A stretch of 64,000 nt of DNA, from positions 32,001 through 96,000 of the forward strand of contig JBJOKS010000010.1 in assembly GCA_046045965.1 (NCBI GenBank), in the 5' to 3' direction. A program made the translations under genes and the position numbers. Below are positions 61,788 to 64,000 of the stretch, piece after piece (within the stretch, counting starts at the first letter, position 1; each line of letters starts with the position of its first letter). The DNA is from Cyanobacteriota bacterium (GTDB lineage: Bacteria > Cyanobacteriota > Cyanobacteriia > Cyanobacteriales > Nostocaceae). The notes beneath the pieces are model-generated. The model had not been told where the DNA came from, searched no databases, and saw nothing but the letters and a program-made list of their open reading frames with translations.

Positions 61788-64000
61788 ATGACCACCGCAC
61801 AAAGTCCCTTTTCTCCCCAAGAAATAGCCTCAGAAGGCATAAAACCCGAAGAATATACCGAAATTGTCCGCCGCTTAGGCCGTCATCCCAACAAAGCCGA
61901 ATTAGGTATGTTTGGGGTGATGTGGTCAGAACATTGCTGTTATAAAAATTCCCGTCCTTTACTCAAACAGTTTCCCACCACAGGACCCCGCATCCTCGTT
62001 GGACCCGGTGAAAATGCAGGTGTTGTGGATATCGGCGACGGACTACAATTAGCGTTTAAAATAGAATCCCACAACCACCCCTCAGCCGTTGAACCCTTCC
62101 AAGGTGCTGCTACAGGTGTGGGAGGTATATTAAGAGATATATTCACAATGGGGGCGCGTCCCATTGCTTTATTAAATTCTTTGCGCTTTGGTGATTTAGA
62201 TGATCCGAAAACCCAAAGATTATTTACAGGCGTTGTAGCGGGAATCTCCCATTATGGTAATTGCGTCGGTGTTCCCACTGTAGGCGGTGAAGTCTATTTT
62301 AACCCTGCTTATTCGGGGAATCCCTTAGTCAACGTCATGGCACTGGGATTAATGGAAACACCAGAAATCGTCAAATCTGGCGCTTCTGGTATTGGTAATC
62401 CTGTGTTATATGTCGGTTCTACCACCGGACGGGATGGCATGGGAGGCGCGAGTTTTGCCAGTGCAGAATTAACAGATGAGTCAATGGATAACCGTCCTGC
62501 GGTGCAAGTGGGAGATCCATTTTTAGAAAAGTCCTTAATTGAAGCTTGTTTAGAGGCATTTAAAACCGGGGCTGTAGTTGCGGCGCAAGATATGGGTGCT
62601 GCTGGTATAACTTGTTCTACTTCAGAAATGGCTGCTAAAGGCGGCGTAGGTGTTGAATTTGACCTAGATAAAATTCCTGCCCGTGAGTTAGGAATGATAC
62701 CCTATGAATACCTGCTTTCGGAATCTCAAGAAAGAATGTTGTTTGTTGCCCATAAGGGACGAGAACAGGAATTAATTGATATTTTCCACCGTTGGGGACT
62801 GCAAGCGGTGGTTGCGGGTACGGTTATTGAAGAAACCATTGTCAGAATTTTGTTTAAAGGGGAAATTGCCGCAGAAATACCCGCTGATGCTTTGGCAGAA
62901 AATACACCTTTGTATGAACGGGAACTATTAGCAGAACCTCCTGAATATGCCCAAATAGCTTGGCAATGGACATCTGATAGTTTACCTCCCTGTAATGCTA
63001 CGGGTATTGAAATCGGTGGTAAGTTGCAAATCTGGCAGGATATTTTATTAACTTTGCTAGGTACACCTACCATTGCTTCTAAAAGCTGGGTTTATCGCCA
63101 ATATGACCATCAAGTGCAGAATAACACCGTATTATTACCCGGTGGTGCCGATGCTGCTGTTGTGCGTTTACGTCCTTTAAATTCTTACCCAGTCACCAGT
63201 TACCAGTCACCAGTCACCAGTCACCGAAGCGGTGTTGCGGCTACTGTAGATTGTAATTCTCGTTATGTTTATCTTGATCCCTATGAAGGGGCTAAGGCTG
63301 TGGTAGCTGAAGCTGCCCGGAATCTAAGCTGTGTGGGCGCACAACCCTTGGCTGTGACGGATAACCTCAATTTTGGTAGTCCAGAAAAACCGATTGGTTA
63401 TTGGCAGTTAGCGTCCGCTTGTCGGGGTTTGAGTGAAGGGTGCAAGGAATTATCAACCCCTGTTACGGGTGGAAATGTTTCTTTGTATAATGAAACTTTT
63501 GATGATCAGGGAAATCCTCAGCCAATTTATCCGACTCCTGTTGTGGGAATGGTTGGTTTAATTGAAGATTTGGATAAAATTTGTGGTCAAGGTTGGAAAA
63601 ATGCAGGTGATGTAATTTACCTATTAGGCGTAGCAGTTCAATCCAAAATCGAAAATCCAAAATCTAAAATTGAATTGGGTGCGTCTGAATATTTGGCAAC
63701 GATTCATAATACTGTTGCTGGAAGACCACCAAGGGTTGATTTTGAATTAGAACGTACTGTACAACAGGTTTGTCGTGAGGGTATTCGTTCTGGTTGGGTG
63801 TGTTCTGCCCATGATACTGCTGAAGGTGGTTTAACGGTGGCTTTGGCAGAATGTTGTTTAAGTGGCAACTTGGGAGCAGAAGTTAATTTAGGAATCTCCG
63901 CAGATCATGATACACGCTTTGATGAAGTGTTGTTTGGTGAAGGTGGAGCGAGAATTTTGGTTTCTGTAAGTGAGGAAAATCAGGAAAAATGGGAATCCTA
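61788..64000 (+). CDS. purL: Phosphoribosylformylglycinamidine synthase subunit PurL (runs past the window end; absent from the ORF track)
   Basis: Hand-translated from ATG 61788: '[10 protein letters not shown]', 'GPGENAG', 'ESHNHPS', 'DMGAAG', 'LSESQERM', 'QYDHQV', 'LNFGSPE', 'GGNVSLYN'. Confidence 0.97.
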   Translation, partial: MTTAQSPFSPQEIASEGIKPEEYTEIVRRLGRHPNKAELGMFGVMWSEHCCYKNSRPLLKQFPTTGPRILVGPGENAGVVDIGDGLQLAFKIESHNHPSAVEPFQGAATGVGGILRDIFTMGARPIALLNSLRFGDLDDPKTQRLFTGVVAGISHYGNCVGVPTVGGEVYFNPAYSGNPLVNVMALGLMETPEIVKSGASGIGNPVLYVGSTTGRDGMGGASFASAELTDESMDNRPAVQVGDPFLEKSLIEACLEAFKTGAVVAAQDMGAAGITCSTSEMAAKGGVGVEFDLDKIPARELGMIPYEYLLSESQERMLFVAHKGREQELIDIFHRWGLQAVVAGTVIEETIVRILFKGEIAAEIPADALAENTPLYERELLAEPPEYAQIAWQWTSDSLPPCNATGIEIGGKLQIWQDILLTLLGTPTIASKSWVYRQYDHQVQNNTVLLPGGADAAVVRLRPLNSYPVTSYQSPVTSHRSGVAATVDCNSRYVYLDPYEGAKAVVAEAARNLSCVGAQPLAVTDNLNFGSPEKPIGYWQLASACRGLSEGCKELSTPVTGGNVSLYNETFDDQGNPQPIYPTPVVGMVGLIEDLDKICGQGWKNAGDVIYLLGVAVQSKIENPKSKIELGASEYLATIHNTVAGRPPRVDFELERTVQQVCREGIRSGWVCSAHDTAEGGLTVALAECCLSGNLGAEVNLGISADHDTRFDEVLFGEGGARILVSVSEENQEKWES

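Noticed and set aside
61940..63660. Three minus-strand ORFs at the window end
   Set aside because: They are antisense shadows of purL, which is open on + from 61788 to the end.

Overview
A 64 kb chromosomal segment from an AT-rich heterocystous cyanobacterium (Nostocales, Anabaena/Dolichospermum-like). The assignment rests on apcD, ndhH and pmgA, roughly 28 HIP1 sites (GCGATCGC) counted by eye, and abundant 7-9 nt STRR tandem repeats. The backbone is mostly housekeeping: purK followed by 6S RNA, rsmH, ndhH, ssb, tldD/pmbA, queA, ktrAB, tocopherol genes, cobA/hemD, coaE, iscS, lepA, nfuA, a GH57 hydrolase, asnS, pmgA, rlmD, apcD and a 3'-truncated purL. Accessory insertions include a single-chain type IIG/ISP-like restriction-modification gene, a sulfotransferase, a lipoxygenase, HsdR-N and Rpn-family nucleases, and a ~4.8 kb island (two Ser/Thr kinases plus a VapBC pair) lying between the two halves of a split photolyase-like gene pair. 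The most unusual signal is the 3' end of the kinase-GUN4 gene. It has a 63-nt G/T-rich, A-depleted segment between fixed-looking anchors, an alternative GUN4-type C-terminus in a shifted frame, and two hairpins, which suggests a target of an uncharacterised localised diversification mechanism; no RT or template repeat is in this window. Other findings: a 31-aa membrane micro-protein missed by the ORF track, an orphan candidate sRNA, an in-frame cobA/hemD split, and several miniature repeat families that enter coding sequences. No rRNA, tRNA, CRISPR array or complete IS transposase was seen. All family calls are from motif recognition, not database searches.
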